64,000 nt of DNA, taken from contig MGDH01000018.1 of NCBI GenBank assembly GCA_001790855.1, positions 14,207-78,206 of the forward strand, given 5' to 3'. Shown here one piece after another: positions 1 through 8,899 of the stretch; the stretch's first letter is position 1, and the number at the start of each line of letters is the position of its first letter. A model generated the notes under the pieces. That model was not told the origin of the DNA and did no database searches. It worked only from the letters and a program-made list of their open reading frames with translations. This stretch comes from Candidatus Schekmanbacteria bacterium RIFCSPLOWO2_02_FULL_38_14. GTDB taxonomy: Bacteria > Schekmanbacteria > GWA2-38-11. Position numbers and translations under genes: made by a program.

Positions 1-412
1 TTGCTGTGTTTACAATAGGGGATGAAGGATTCCCGAGGCCATGGGAATAGGCAATTGAAGAAGCATCAACTGTGGCAACACTAAAAGAGGAAAGCTGAGG
101 ATAATCATCAGGTTTTTTATGGGTATTAATAAGTATCATGCCGCCTTTTTCCAGTCCCTCTGTTACATCAACGCTTTCAATCAGAGTAGAATGAAGGACT
201 ACTACATAGTCCGGCTCATACACACATGTGCGCAGTCTGATTGGTTCATCATCAATTCTGATAAAGGCTGCGACAGGCGCGCCTCTTCGCTCTATCCCAA
301 AAATGGGGAAGGACTGGACATGTCTTCCCTCATTGAACAAAGCCAATGAGAGGATTTTTGAAGCAACTACTGCTCCCTGTCCTCCCCTGCCATGAAATCT
401 GATTTCAATCAT
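1..412 (-). CDS. porG: 2-oxoacid (pyruvate):ferredoxin oxidoreductase gamma subunit, partial (N-terminal 137 aa; gene runs off left edge)
   Basis: Reverse-strand translation from ATG at 410-412 gives [61 protein letters not shown]...VNTA with no stop to position 2; classic POR gamma-subunit motifs (GRGGQG, ERRGAPV). Not in ORF track because it lacks an in-window stop. Confidence 0.8.
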
Positions 413-413
413 C

Positions 414-584
414 TTTTGTATCCAAATTTTGTTTTCAAAAATAATTATAAGTTCAAATGTCAAAATCCAAATTTCAAATGAAGTTCAAATTATTAAATGC
501 CAAAATATTCAATTTAGGCTTTAAACTTCCCCATTCATTTGAGCTTTGAGCTTTGGCATTTGACATTAGCTCCTCTACTGACCG
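414..584. repeat. AT-rich palindromic intergenic element, family A (caaat/aaatt-rich body, arms containing ttgagctttgagctttggcatttgacatt)
   Basis: Inverted-repeat organisation (aatgtcaaa ... tttgacatt). Related copies at 1927-2050, 15531-15668, 46211-46345, with short variants at 28135-28180 and 48670-48712. Confidence 0.6.
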
Positions 585-1196
585 TTACTCCTTCGGTGTA
601 TACAGCACCACCACTGCCTTGGGCTTAATATTTCCAATGCCGTTGAAAGCGTGAGGAATCTTGGAATCGAAACAAAGGCTGTCTCCTTTTTTCAAAGTAA
701 TTATTTCATTTTCCAGTTTATATTCAAGCTCGCCTTCAAGAAGAAAAAGGAACTCCTCTCCTTCGTGGCTTACAGGAGCAACCTCCTCTTCTATATTAAT
801 ATCAAATTCAACCAGAAAAGGCTGCATATGATTTTCTTTCCTGTGAGATGAAAGCATTTCATAGGAATAACTCAAAGGCATTGCCTTTCTCTGAGGCAGT
901 TTCCGTTCAACCTTTTTTCTCTCATTAACCCTGACTATATCAAATTTCCTGTCAGACCTCTCTTCACTGAAAAAATATACTATTTCAACACCCAAAGCCC
1001 TGGAAATCTTTAAAAGAGCCGGAATCGGAGGAGCAACCGTATCATCTTCTATCTGCGACAGCACAGTCTCTGAAAAACCTGTTTTCTCAGACAGTCCCTT
1101 TAAAGAAACTTCCCTGCTTTTTCTTAGCCCTTTTATTTTTTCTCCAATCTTTAAACCCCTTACCTCCTCTTTAGTATTCTTATTATCTAAAGCCAT
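585..1196 (-). CDS. XRE-family HTH transcriptional regulator with C-terminal cupin domain
   Basis: N-terminal HTH_3-like LKIGEKIKGLRKSREVSLKGLSEKTGFSETVLSQIE; C-terminal cupin-like fold (GDSLCFDSKIPHAFNGIGN). Confidence 0.75.
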   Translation of the reverse strand: MALDNKNTKEEVRGLKIGEKIKGLRKSREVSLKGLSEKTGFSETVLSQIEDDTVAPPIPALLKISRALGVEIVYFFSEERSDRKFDIVRVNERKKVERKLPQRKAMPLSYSYEMLSSHRKENHMQPFLVEFDINIEEEVAPVSHEGEEFLFLLEGELEYKLENEIITLKKGDSLCFDSKIPHAFNGIGNIKPKAVVVLYTPKE

Positions 1197-1359
1197 TTAA
1201 TGACTCCTTTAAGCTATAAGTTGGAGTGCAAAACAGAAAGTTAAAATTATTAGTTTTTTTAAAAAGCTTACAGCTAACAGAATTATTTTGATTTTGTCAT
1301 TTGCCACTTTATTAAGATTACCTTAGTTTTTTTGTCTGTTCAAGGAGTTTTCTTCACTG

Positions 1360-1641
1360 TCAAAATTTAATATCAAAGCCTTTGTACTCCCCTCTGTAAT
1401 CCTCCCATACAACTTCTACATCTGTTACTTTTGACAGCGAAGGGCCCTTTTTTAATCTAAGGATAAACTTTTCAATTTCTTTTTTCTCTCCCTCTGCAAC
1501 AGTTTCCACATTGCCATCGTAAAGGTTTTTTACATGTCCGTTTAATCCAAGGTTTGCTGCCTCTCTTACAGTAAAATAGCGGTAACCTACGCCTTGAACA
1601 AACCCCTTTACTACTGCCTTTATCCTGACCTTATCATTCAT
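1360..1641 (-). CDS. acyP: acylphosphatase
   Basis: 93 aa; VQGVGYRYFT...GHVKNLYDGNVE signature of the acylphosphatase family. Confidence 0.8.
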   Translation of the reverse strand: MNDKVRIKAVVKGFVQGVGYRYFTVREAANLGLNGHVKNLYDGNVETVAEGEKKEIEKFILRLKKGPSLSKVTDVEVVWEDYRGEYKGFDIKF

Positions 1642-1746
1642 AACCCAGAAAACCTTTTGACAAACCTATTGTGTTTAAGATAAAAAACAAAAACTTGATT
1701 AGATAAGAACTTTTTTGCTCTCTAAATTATCATATTTCGCTGTTAT

Positions 1747-1953
1747 ATGCAACTTAAAGAAAAATTTCGGAAAAGAAAAGCAAAATTAGGAGTAATCGGT
1801 CTTGGTTATGTCGGACTGCCTCTGTGCCTTGAAATGGCAAATGCAGGCTTTGATGTAACAGGAATTGATGTTGATAAAGAAAAGGTTAAGAAGATTAACA
1901 AAGGAATCTCATATATCTTAGATGCCAAAGTTCAAAGTCCAAATGCAAAATAA
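1747..1953 (+). pseudogene. N-terminal fragment of UDP-sugar (UDP-GlcNAc/UDP-glucose) 6-dehydrogenase, truncated after ~55 aa by a family-A palindromic element
   Basis: KLGVIGLGYVGLPLCLEMANAGFDVTGIDVDKEKVKKIN is the NAD-binding N-terminus of UDP-glucose/GDP-mannose dehydrogenases, normally ~430 aa. The ORF reads into repeat sequence (SPNAK*) and the epimerase gene starts at 2071, so no room for the body. Confidence 0.65.
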
Positions 1954-2050
1954 ATTTCAAATGATTAAATGCTAAAATGAATTAAAAATTAAATTTTGGA
2001 TTTTAGATTTCATTTGAACTTTGAGCTTTGACATTTGAATTTTTAATTAT
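1927..2050. repeat. AT-rich palindromic element family A copy (disrupts the dehydrogenase gene)
   Basis: caaatgcaaaataaatttcaaatg...tttgaactttgagctttgacatttgaat; same arms as 414-584 and 15531-15668. Confidence 0.6.
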
Positions 2051-2070
2051 TTTTCTTTAGAAGGAACATC

Positions 2071-3021
2071 ATGCAAAATTGTCTTATTGCCGGCGGAGCG
2101 GGTTTTATAGGTTCTAATCTCTGCAAAGAATTACTTGAGAGAGGACACTTTGTAAGGGTTCTTGATAATCTTTCAACAGGAAAGATTGAAAACATAAAGC
2201 CATTTATTAATAAGATCGAATTCATTCAGGGAGATTTAAGATCCGGAGATGATGTCAGAAAAGCCTGCTCGGAGGTTGATTACATATTCCACCAAGGAGC
2301 AATTCCTTCAGTCACAAGGTCTGTTCAGGACCCTATACCATCAAATGATTCCAATATTTCAGGCACATTAAATTTATTAATTGCTGCAAGGGAAGCAAAG
2401 GTAAAAAGATTTATTTTTGCAAGTTCCTCTTCTGTGTATGGTGATTCCCCTTCCCTTCCAAAGAAAGAGGATATGAAACCAAACCCCCTTTCCCCATACG
2501 CAATTACAAAACTCACAGGGGGATATTACTGCAAAGTATTTTTTTCCCTCTACGGGCTTGAAACAGTAGCTCTCAGGTACTTCAATGTCTTTGGTCCAAA
2601 TCAGGAACCAACATCCCCGTATTCAGGAGTCATATCAATATTTATAAAAAAGCTTCTTGAGAAAAATTCTCCCCTTGTTTACGGAAATGGAGAACAGTCA
2701 AGAGACTTCACCTTCGTAAAAAATGTTGTCCAAGCAAATATTTTTGCAGCAACTTCTCCTGATGCAGCAGGAAAAATCATCAATATCTCCTGCGGAGACA
2801 GAATTGATCTCAATAAAATGTTAGGACAGCTTAATAGAATTTTAAACTTGGATATAAAACCAACCTACATCGACCCGAGGCCCGGTGACATAATGCACTC
2901 TCGGGCTGACATCTCTCTTGCCAGAGAAATTTTAGGTTATAAACCCCTGGTCTCATTTGAAGATAGGTTACTTGAAACAGTCAGGTGGTATCAAGAAGAT
3001 AGAAAAGAAATAGACAATTGA
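2071..3021 (+). CDS. NAD-dependent epimerase/dehydratase, WbpP/TviC-like UDP-GlcNAc(A) 4-epimerase
   Basis: GGAGFIGSNLCKEL Rossmann motif; extended SDR with YxxxK; UDP-sugar 4-epimerase fold downstream of a UDP-sugar dehydrogenase remnant (TviB-TviC / WbpA-WbpP type arrangement). Confidence 0.75.
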   Translation: MQNCLIAGGAGFIGSNLCKELLERGHFVRVLDNLSTGKIENIKPFINKIEFIQGDLRSGDDVRKACSEVDYIFHQGAIPSVTRSVQDPIPSNDSNISGTLNLLIAAREAKVKRFIFASSSSVYGDSPSLPKKEDMKPNPLSPYAITKLTGGYYCKVFFSLYGLETVALRYFNVFGPNQEPTSPYSGVISIFIKKLLEKNSPLVYGNGEQSRDFTFVKNVVQANIFAATSPDAAGKIINISCGDRIDLNKMLGQLNRILNLDIKPTYIDPRPGDIMHSRADISLAREILGYKPLVSFEDRLLETVRWYQEDRKEIDN

Positions 3022-3127
3022 AATTCTGGCAGAACAGGCGCCTGCCTGCCGGCAGGCAGGTCTCGCCTGTCTGATAGGCAGGGTTTTCTAACCCTGCCAA
3101 ACTAATTTTCAGAAAAAAGGCAAAAGA

Positions 3128-4486
3128 ATGAATCCACAGATATTCAGGGAATATGACATAAGAGGGTTAGTTGATGTTGACTTGACTGAGGATATTGTTA
3201 CAAAAATAGGAGTTGGATTTGGTACATACATGGCAGTATCAGGTAAAAGAAAATTATCTGTTGGCTATGATATCAGGCTGAGTTCAGAGCGTTTTAAGGA
3301 TGCCCTCATCAAAGGGCTCACATCTGCTGGCTGCGATTGCATTAATATCGGAATGGTGCCAAGCCCTGTTCTTTATTTTTCCCTGTTTCATCTTGATGTT
3401 GACGGAGGTGTGATGATAACAGGCAGCCATAACCCTCCTGAGTTTAATGGACTGAAGCTATGCGATAACAAAACATCTCTTTATGGTGAAGAGATTCAGA
3501 GAGTCAGAAAAATCATCGAAGAAGGGAAATTCAGCAAAGGAAATGGAAATATCACTTCAAGAAATATAACTGAAGACTACATAGAGCTTATAAAAAATAA
3601 AATAAAGCTAAGAAGAAAGCTCAGGGTAGTTTTGGATGCAGGAAACGGAACAGCATCTTTAATAGCTCCAAAACTGATAAAAGGAATAGGCTGTGATGTA
3701 ACAGAGCTTTTCTGTGAACCTGATGGAAGATTCCCGAATCACCATCCTGACCCTACAGTTCCAAAATACCTGGAATCGCTCATTGCAACAGTAAAAAAAG
3801 AAAAAGCAGATGTTGGTATTGGGTATGACGGTGACGCTGATAGAATCGGTGTGATTGACGACAGGGGAGAAATAATATGGGGCGACCAGCTTCTTGTCAT
3901 ATTTTCAAGGGAAGTCCTGAAAAAAGGAAAAGCCCCTATTATCTTTGAAGTAAAATGCTCACAGGTGCTCAATGATGACATATTAAAACACGGAGGAATA
4001 CCAATAATGTGGAAGGCAGGGCATTCTCTTTTAAAGAGCAAGATGAAGGAAGAAAAATCTCCTCTTGGAGGTGAGATGAGCGGACATATGTTCTTTGCAG
4101 ATGGCTACTTTGGGTATGATGATGCAATCTATGCCTCATGCAGGCTTCTTGAAATCCTCTCAAATACAGATTTAAGGCTTTCTGAAATACTTAAAGACCT
4201 TCCAAAGATGTATAATACCCCTGAAATCCGTGTTAACTGCCCTGATGAAACAAAGTTCAGTGTTGTTGAAGATGTAAAAAAATATTTCAAGGAAAAATAT
4301 AAGACCATTGACATTGATGGTGTAAGAATAACCTTTGAAAACGGCTGGGGCCTTGTAAGGGCTTCAAACACACAGCCTGTTCTTGTCCTGAGGTTTGAAG
4401 CTGATTCCCAGAAGGCACTGGAAGAAATAAAAAAAATTGTCTTTGACAAACTGGCTCAGTATCCCGGAGTTTCAATCCCTGAATAA
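3128..4486 (+). CDS. phosphomannomutase/phosphoglucomutase (alpha-D-phosphohexomutase family)
   Basis: Active-site loop TGSHNPPEFNGLK, Mg loop GYDGDADR, sugar-binding GEMSGH; 452 aa. Confidence 0.85.
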   Translation: MNPQIFREYDIRGLVDVDLTEDIVTKIGVGFGTYMAVSGKRKLSVGYDIRLSSERFKDALIKGLTSAGCDCINIGMVPSPVLYFSLFHLDVDGGVMITGSHNPPEFNGLKLCDNKTSLYGEEIQRVRKIIEEGKFSKGNGNITSRNITEDYIELIKNKIKLRRKLRVVLDAGNGTASLIAPKLIKGIGCDVTELFCEPDGRFPNHHPDPTVPKYLESLIATVKKEKADVGIGYDGDADRIGVIDDRGEIIWGDQLLVIFSREVLKKGKAPIIFEVKCSQVLNDDILKHGGIPIMWKAGHSLLKSKMKEEKSPLGGEMSGHMFFADGYFGYDDAIYASCRLLEILSNTDLRLSEILKDLPKMYNTPEIRVNCPDETKFSVVEDVKKYFKEKYKTIDIDGVRITFENGWGLVRASNTQPVLVLRFEADSQKALEEIKKIVFDKLAQYPGVSIPE

Positions 4487-4510
4487 ATCTGATTTCTCTT
4501 ATAATTTTTT

Positions 4511-4585
4511 TCAAATTCCCCCCTTACCCCCCTTTTCCCTGCCTGCCGGTAGGCAAGTAAAAAAAAGGGGGATGGGGGGATTAAT
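4511..4585. repeat. composite palindromic element: family B (C6/G6 hairpin) with a family C core (CCTGCCTGCCGGTAGGCAAG) nested in the loop
   Basis: aaattccccccttaccccccttttccctgcctgccggtaggcaagtaaaaaaaagggggatggggggatt; the 108-aa ORF 4437-4763 is produced by this repeat and is not a gene. Confidence 0.6.
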
Positions 4586-4669
4586 TCCAATATTCCTTTG
4601 TATGGCCCTAAAACTTATGAAACTTACAATAATCCTAATCTCTGTAATCATATTAAACATACACAACAA

Positions 4670-7393
4670 CTATCTGGATTTAGAAAAAAAGGATTTCAAC
4701 AGCTCTGATGCCAAATCTCTGTATATGCTGAATTCAAGCAATTCTGCCACTATTTCCTTATAGGATTTCTCTCCTGAAACAAAGTCATATATCAGCTTAT
4801 ACAGCTTTTCGTTTCTCTGGGATATGTGGATAATTCCATCAATTATATGGTAATTTGTTGATATATTGCAGAGCCTTCTCATTAAAATTCCGTGATAATA
4901 ATCTTCAGTCAAATCCATGCACTTATAGGCATATTCTGAAAAAGCCTTTCTTGAGAATCCGTATCTGTGCATTACCAGGGCAGCCCTTATTCCTGTAATC
5001 ATTGCAACATTAATTCCCTGGCTCTTAAACGGCTTCATCCATCCTGTTGCATCCCCAACAATAACATAGCGGTGGCCATATGTGTTTTTTGCGGCAGAAG
5101 TCGGGAATCTTCCCGCATAGTAATTTAACTGGCTCTTGTCATATTCCGGAAGCAGCGATTTTACCTGCGGCTGGTTTAAAAAAAAGTCCATGTCAAGGGA
5201 TGTCACATTCTTTCCTGCTATGTTAATTATTATGTGGTCACCCTTTGGACCAATAGCACCAAATTCCACTGTTGGAAGAGATGAAAGAAGAAAGGCAAAG
5301 ATTGAGTCATTAAATTTTTTATTGATAAATTCCGGGTCTGTATGAATTTTCGTGATAAAAGTCTTAAGATAACCTTTAGGCCTTTTGTATGGATAAAAGT
5401 TAGCAGTTGCATGTTCAAACTGATTCAGCATTGCCTCATCAAGCCCAAACGCACCAACCACAGCATCTGCCCTGAAATACTGGCTCTCGCAGTAAATCCT
5501 CACTTCATCATTGTTTGCAGTCCTTACAAATTCAACTCCGCTTACCCTGCTGTTAACAACCTCTACGCCAGTCTCCCTTGCCTTATCAAGAAGAAACCGG
5601 TCAAACTCAACCCTGCGGACAGTGTAATACCTCTTATCCCTGTTTTTCTGGTCAAGAAAAATTTCTTTTCTGCCGGAGCGAAGGACATATCCCTTTATAG
5701 TCCGTTTTATAAGCTCTTCAGGAAGGCTTATGCCTAACTCTTTTACGAGACACTCTTCAACCTTAGGAGAAAGAATCCCCATGCACTGATTATAATGAAA
5801 ATTGAAATCCTTTCCTTCAAATATAACAACCCTTATATTCTTGTTCTCTTTCTGTGCTTCAAGAAGCAGTTTTATTGCACAGCTTGCGCCGCTTGGTCCT
5901 CCGCCGATTATTGCAATTGTTGTTCCGTTTTCAATAAATGGAGGTTTCTCTCTTCCTGTTTTTACTGACTTGGGCTGAGTTGCAAAACCCCTTCCGTCAA
6001 AATCATATTCAGAAGCTTTGTCAAAGTCGATTTCCTTAGGTTTTTCTCCGGAAAGTTTCCTTGAAATTTCACTGATTTTTTTTAAAAGCGTCTTTAAAAG
6101 CTGCCAGACAAGTGTAAGCTGAAGCCTCGGGTCTAACCCCTTCCAGAAGATTTTCTTGTAAGGCATTTCTCCTGTAAAGAGATACCACAGGGTTTTGCTG
6201 AAAAACCTGACCTTTGGGGCAAGCTTTTCCTGCTCAAAATTTGCTATTGAGAACTGAAGCTCAGAGAAAAATGGGTGTGATGCTGCAAACTCATTTACTT
6301 TAAAGAGAAATTTCCCAAACCGGTTATCAAAAGAAAACATTTTTCTGCATCTTGGATAATAATATTTCTTAAATGCTTCTTTTGAAACACCATGCCTGAT
6401 TGCACTTTCAGCAGCAAAAAGAGAAGTATAAATCGCAGACTCAATTCCATTCTTTAAATACCTGCTGTCACAGGCATCACCAACCATTACAAGCCGTTTA
6501 TAAAAAGGAACCTTTGCAGCAGTAACAGGAATCTTTGGATGGCAGTGGCAACTTATTCTCCAGCCCTCTGGCAGATAGGCGCGAACCTCCTTGTAATCCA
6601 AGACCTCTTCAAGGGCTTTTATCTTCACATGCTCGCCAATAGCGCTTATTGTAACAAACCTTCCTTTAGGCGTGAAGGCTACAAACTTAACATTCTTCTC
6701 GCCAAGGGTAAATATGTGTATCATATCCCTGTGCCTGTCTTTTATAAATCCGGGCTCCACTTCTATCTCTGCCTGACATGCATGCCATGTTTCAGGAGGG
6801 AAATATCCGAAATCCCATTTCTTTGAAAGCCTGCTGTTCACACCAAAAGCCCCGACAACAAGGTCAACCTCTTCTGTCTTTGTCCCTTCTCTTAATTTAA
6901 TTAATGGCTTTTCACTATCTCTATCAGAAAGAATAATATTTTCTACAAGCTCAGGAACATGGTTGGCTCCTGATTTTATTGCGTTATCAAGCAGATATTT
7001 ATCAAAGCTTACATACTCATCAACACAGGGTTTTGGAGTGATTCCCCTGAAAACAGTATAGATTGGAGAAAAAGGGTCCTGAGGTATTGCAACAACCCTT
7101 TTGTTAGAGTGGAATGCATAACCTTTTACCTCGTGCCTTATGACTTTTGTCCCAAGAGGCATCCCTTCATTTTCAAGCCTTCTGTAAAGGTTGCTTCCAA
7201 TGACTCCGGCACACATATTGCAGTCCTTTGGAAGGTGGGTTGCAAAAGTCTTGCGGTCATAGATGTCAACCTTCAAGGCAATTCCGGTTTCTCTTGCAAA
7301 TTTTAAAATGAAATGAGCAAAAAAGCTTCCTGCGGGTCCCCCTCCGATTACTGCAATCTTAGAGCCGTTTTGAAGTTTTGTGTAAGGTTCCAT
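4670..7393 (-). CDS. large FAD-dependent oxidoreductase with two tandem FAD/NAD(P)-binding domains (geranylgeranyl-reductase/FixC-like)
   Basis: Two dinucleotide-binding motifs (KIAVIGGGPAGSFFA near the N-terminus; TIAIIGGGPSGASCA near residue 485); 907 aa; CNMCAGV in the first domain. Confidence 0.55.
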   Translation of the reverse strand: MEPYTKLQNGSKIAVIGGGPAGSFFAHFILKFARETGIALKVDIYDRKTFATHLPKDCNMCAGVIGSNLYRRLENEGMPLGTKVIRHEVKGYAFHSNKRVVAIPQDPFSPIYTVFRGITPKPCVDEYVSFDKYLLDNAIKSGANHVPELVENIILSDRDSEKPLIKLREGTKTEEVDLVVGAFGVNSRLSKKWDFGYFPPETWHACQAEIEVEPGFIKDRHRDMIHIFTLGEKNVKFVAFTPKGRFVTISAIGEHVKIKALEEVLDYKEVRAYLPEGWRISCHCHPKIPVTAAKVPFYKRLVMVGDACDSRYLKNGIESAIYTSLFAAESAIRHGVSKEAFKKYYYPRCRKMFSFDNRFGKFLFKVNEFAASHPFFSELQFSIANFEQEKLAPKVRFFSKTLWYLFTGEMPYKKIFWKGLDPRLQLTLVWQLLKTLLKKISEISRKLSGEKPKEIDFDKASEYDFDGRGFATQPKSVKTGREKPPFIENGTTIAIIGGGPSGASCAIKLLLEAQKENKNIRVVIFEGKDFNFHYNQCMGILSPKVEECLVKELGISLPEELIKRTIKGYVLRSGRKEIFLDQKNRDKRYYTVRRVEFDRFLLDKARETGVEVVNSRVSGVEFVRTANNDEVRIYCESQYFRADAVVGAFGLDEAMLNQFEHATANFYPYKRPKGYLKTFITKIHTDPEFINKKFNDSIFAFLLSSLPTVEFGAIGPKGDHIIINIAGKNVTSLDMDFFLNQPQVKSLLPEYDKSQLNYYAGRFPTSAAKNTYGHRYVIVGDATGWMKPFKSQGINVAMITGIRAALVMHRYGFSRKAFSEYAYKCMDLTEDYYHGILMRRLCNISTNYHIIDGIIHISQRNEKLYKLIYDFVSGEKSYKEIVAELLEFSIYRDLASELLKSFFSKSR

Positions 7394-7480
7394 AAAAATG
7401 GGTCTTTTATTCTTAATATCTTTGCAAGAAACAGCTCTGTCAAGGGATTTCTATGAGGCTTCTGAAAAACCCGCCTCATG

Positions 7481-7572
7481 GTCATTGCGAGAAGCGTTAA
7501 CGACGTGGCAATCTCAAAAATGTCATTGTTATTAAAGAAATTGCCACCTGCCTGCGGTAGGCAGGCAATGAC
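7481..7572. repeat. palindromic element family D (GTCATTGCGAG ... CAGGCAATGAC termini) with a family C core inside
   Basis: gtcattgcgagaagcg...gtggcaatctcaaa...ccacctgcctgcggtaggcaggcaatgac. Related copies at 26227-26275, 29775-29891, 48509-48659 and 56028-56046 (partial). Confidence 0.55.
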
Positions 7573-7633
7573 AAAAAAGGAATTCTCGGACAGCCTGCTC
7601 TGCTGCGAGTTAGTTCATTTATATAACCATTTA

Positions 7634-8899
7634 TTAGTTCTCTATTCTGAATAACTCTTCTTTTAAGAATAACGAGAGCACTGCTGCCATTAGTGCGCAC
7701 AGGGAGAAGAAGATAAAGGCATTGCCATAAAAAATATTACCATTAGTTTTTGTTATTAGAAAGCCTGCAATTACCGGTGAAAGAAACGCGCCGCACTGGC
7801 CTATGAAATTACTGATTCCTGCAGCAGTTCCTACTATTTCTCTCGGATATCTTAACTGAATGAATGCAATAAAGGGGCCCCAGTTAAGATTTGCGAAGAA
7901 GCCAAGAAGGACAAAGAGTAAAATCAGCATTGATATATTTCCTGTCTGAATTTTTCCTATGGCATAAAGGCACGGTATGCAGCCTAAAAATGAGATAAGG
8001 AGAATCGGCTTTATTTTTCCATGAAAAACCTTGTCCATAAGATAGCCGCCAAGAATCTGTGAGGCTCCTCCTACTATAAAAGGTATGGCAGCTATTACTC
8101 CCATCTCCGCGATTTTAATTTTGTGCTGTTCATAGAGAAAAGATGAAATCCAAGTAGTGTTTCCCCAGAAAACCGCAAGGTTAAAAAAAAAGGCAATAGA
8201 GTAAAGCCAGAAAACAGAATCCTTCAGAATTGCCCCATAAACATTTTTTTTCTCTCCTGCAAGCGCCGGAAGAAGTCCTGAGCTGATATAGTCAAATTCA
8301 TTTTTTTCCAGTCTGCCAAGTTCATATGCCTGTTTTGGAGTGTTTATAATAAAATAATAGAGAAATATTATTCCGATTAGTCCGGGAATTGCCAGAAAGA
8401 AAAAAACATTTCTCCATCCAAATGATGCTGCAATCAGAGTGGCGACAATTGGAGCAACAGCAGGGCCCATGGTGAATGAAGTGCTGTATATCCCTGTAGC
8501 CCGTCCTTTTTCTTTTGTAGGAAACCAATCAGCGCATATTTTTAAGCTTGGAGTCCAGTGCTGACCTTCTCCCAGCCCAAGGGCAACTCTGATAAGAAGG
8601 AATTGTTTAAGGTTCTGAATAAGCCCTGTAACAAAGGTTACAACCGTAAAAGCAGATATGGCAATTGTCATCATTATTTTTGCGCCAAAACGGTCAGCCA
8701 TGTGACCTGCAAAGACCTGAGCAATAGCATAGGCAAGAAAGAAAATTGATGCAGCAAAACCGATTTCTGCATGGGTGAGGTGCAAGTCCTCTCTTATCAG
8801 AGGGAGAAGGGTTAAAACACTTATCCTGTCCCAGTAGTTTATGAAATAAAGAAGCCAGAGGGTAAAAAGTATCTTGTAACGAAATCTGCCGGTTTTCAT
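7634..8899 (-). CDS. MFS transporter
   Basis: 12-TM profile, MFS motif region (AGHMADRFGAKI); 4-nt overlap with upstream MFS gene suggests an operon. Confidence 0.8.
   Translation of the reverse strand: MKTGRFRYKILFTLWLLYFINYWDRISVLTLLPLIREDLHLTHAEIGFAASIFFLAYAIAQVFAGHMADRFGAKIMMTIAISAFTVVTFVTGLIQNLKQFLLIRVALGLGEGQHWTPSLKICADWFPTKEKGRATGIYSTSFTMGPAVAPIVATLIAASFGWRNVFFFLAIPGLIGIIFLYYFIINTPKQAYELGRLEKNEFDYISSGLLPALAGEKKNVYGAILKDSVFWLYSIAFFFNLAVFWGNTTWISSFLYEQHKIKIAEMGVIAAIPFIVGGASQILGGYLMDKVFHGKIKPILLISFLGCIPCLYAIGKIQTGNISMLILLFVLLGFFANLNWGPFIAFIQLRYPREIVGTAAGISNFIGQCGAFLSPVIAGFLITKTNGNIFYGNAFIFFSLCALMAAVLSLFLKEELFRIEN

Noticed and set aside
119-349. 76-aa plus-strand ORF at the left edge
   Set aside because: The opposite strand encodes a strongly supported partial PorG (GRGGQG, ERRGAPV motifs). 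The plus-strand ORF is its antisense shadow.
3739-4514. Minus-strand ORFs inside the phosphomannomutase gene (3739-4041, 3969-4163, 4129-4449, 4287-4514)
   Set aside because: They are antisense shadow ORFs within a well-supported CDS with strong family motifs.
4437-4763. 108-aa ORF in the ORF track (FQIPPLPPFSLPAGRQVKKRGMGGLIPI...)
   Set aside because: Its sequence is produced entirely by the family-B/C composite palindromic repeat and an AT-rich spacer. The same peptide-like strings appear wherever the repeat occurs, so this is not a gene.
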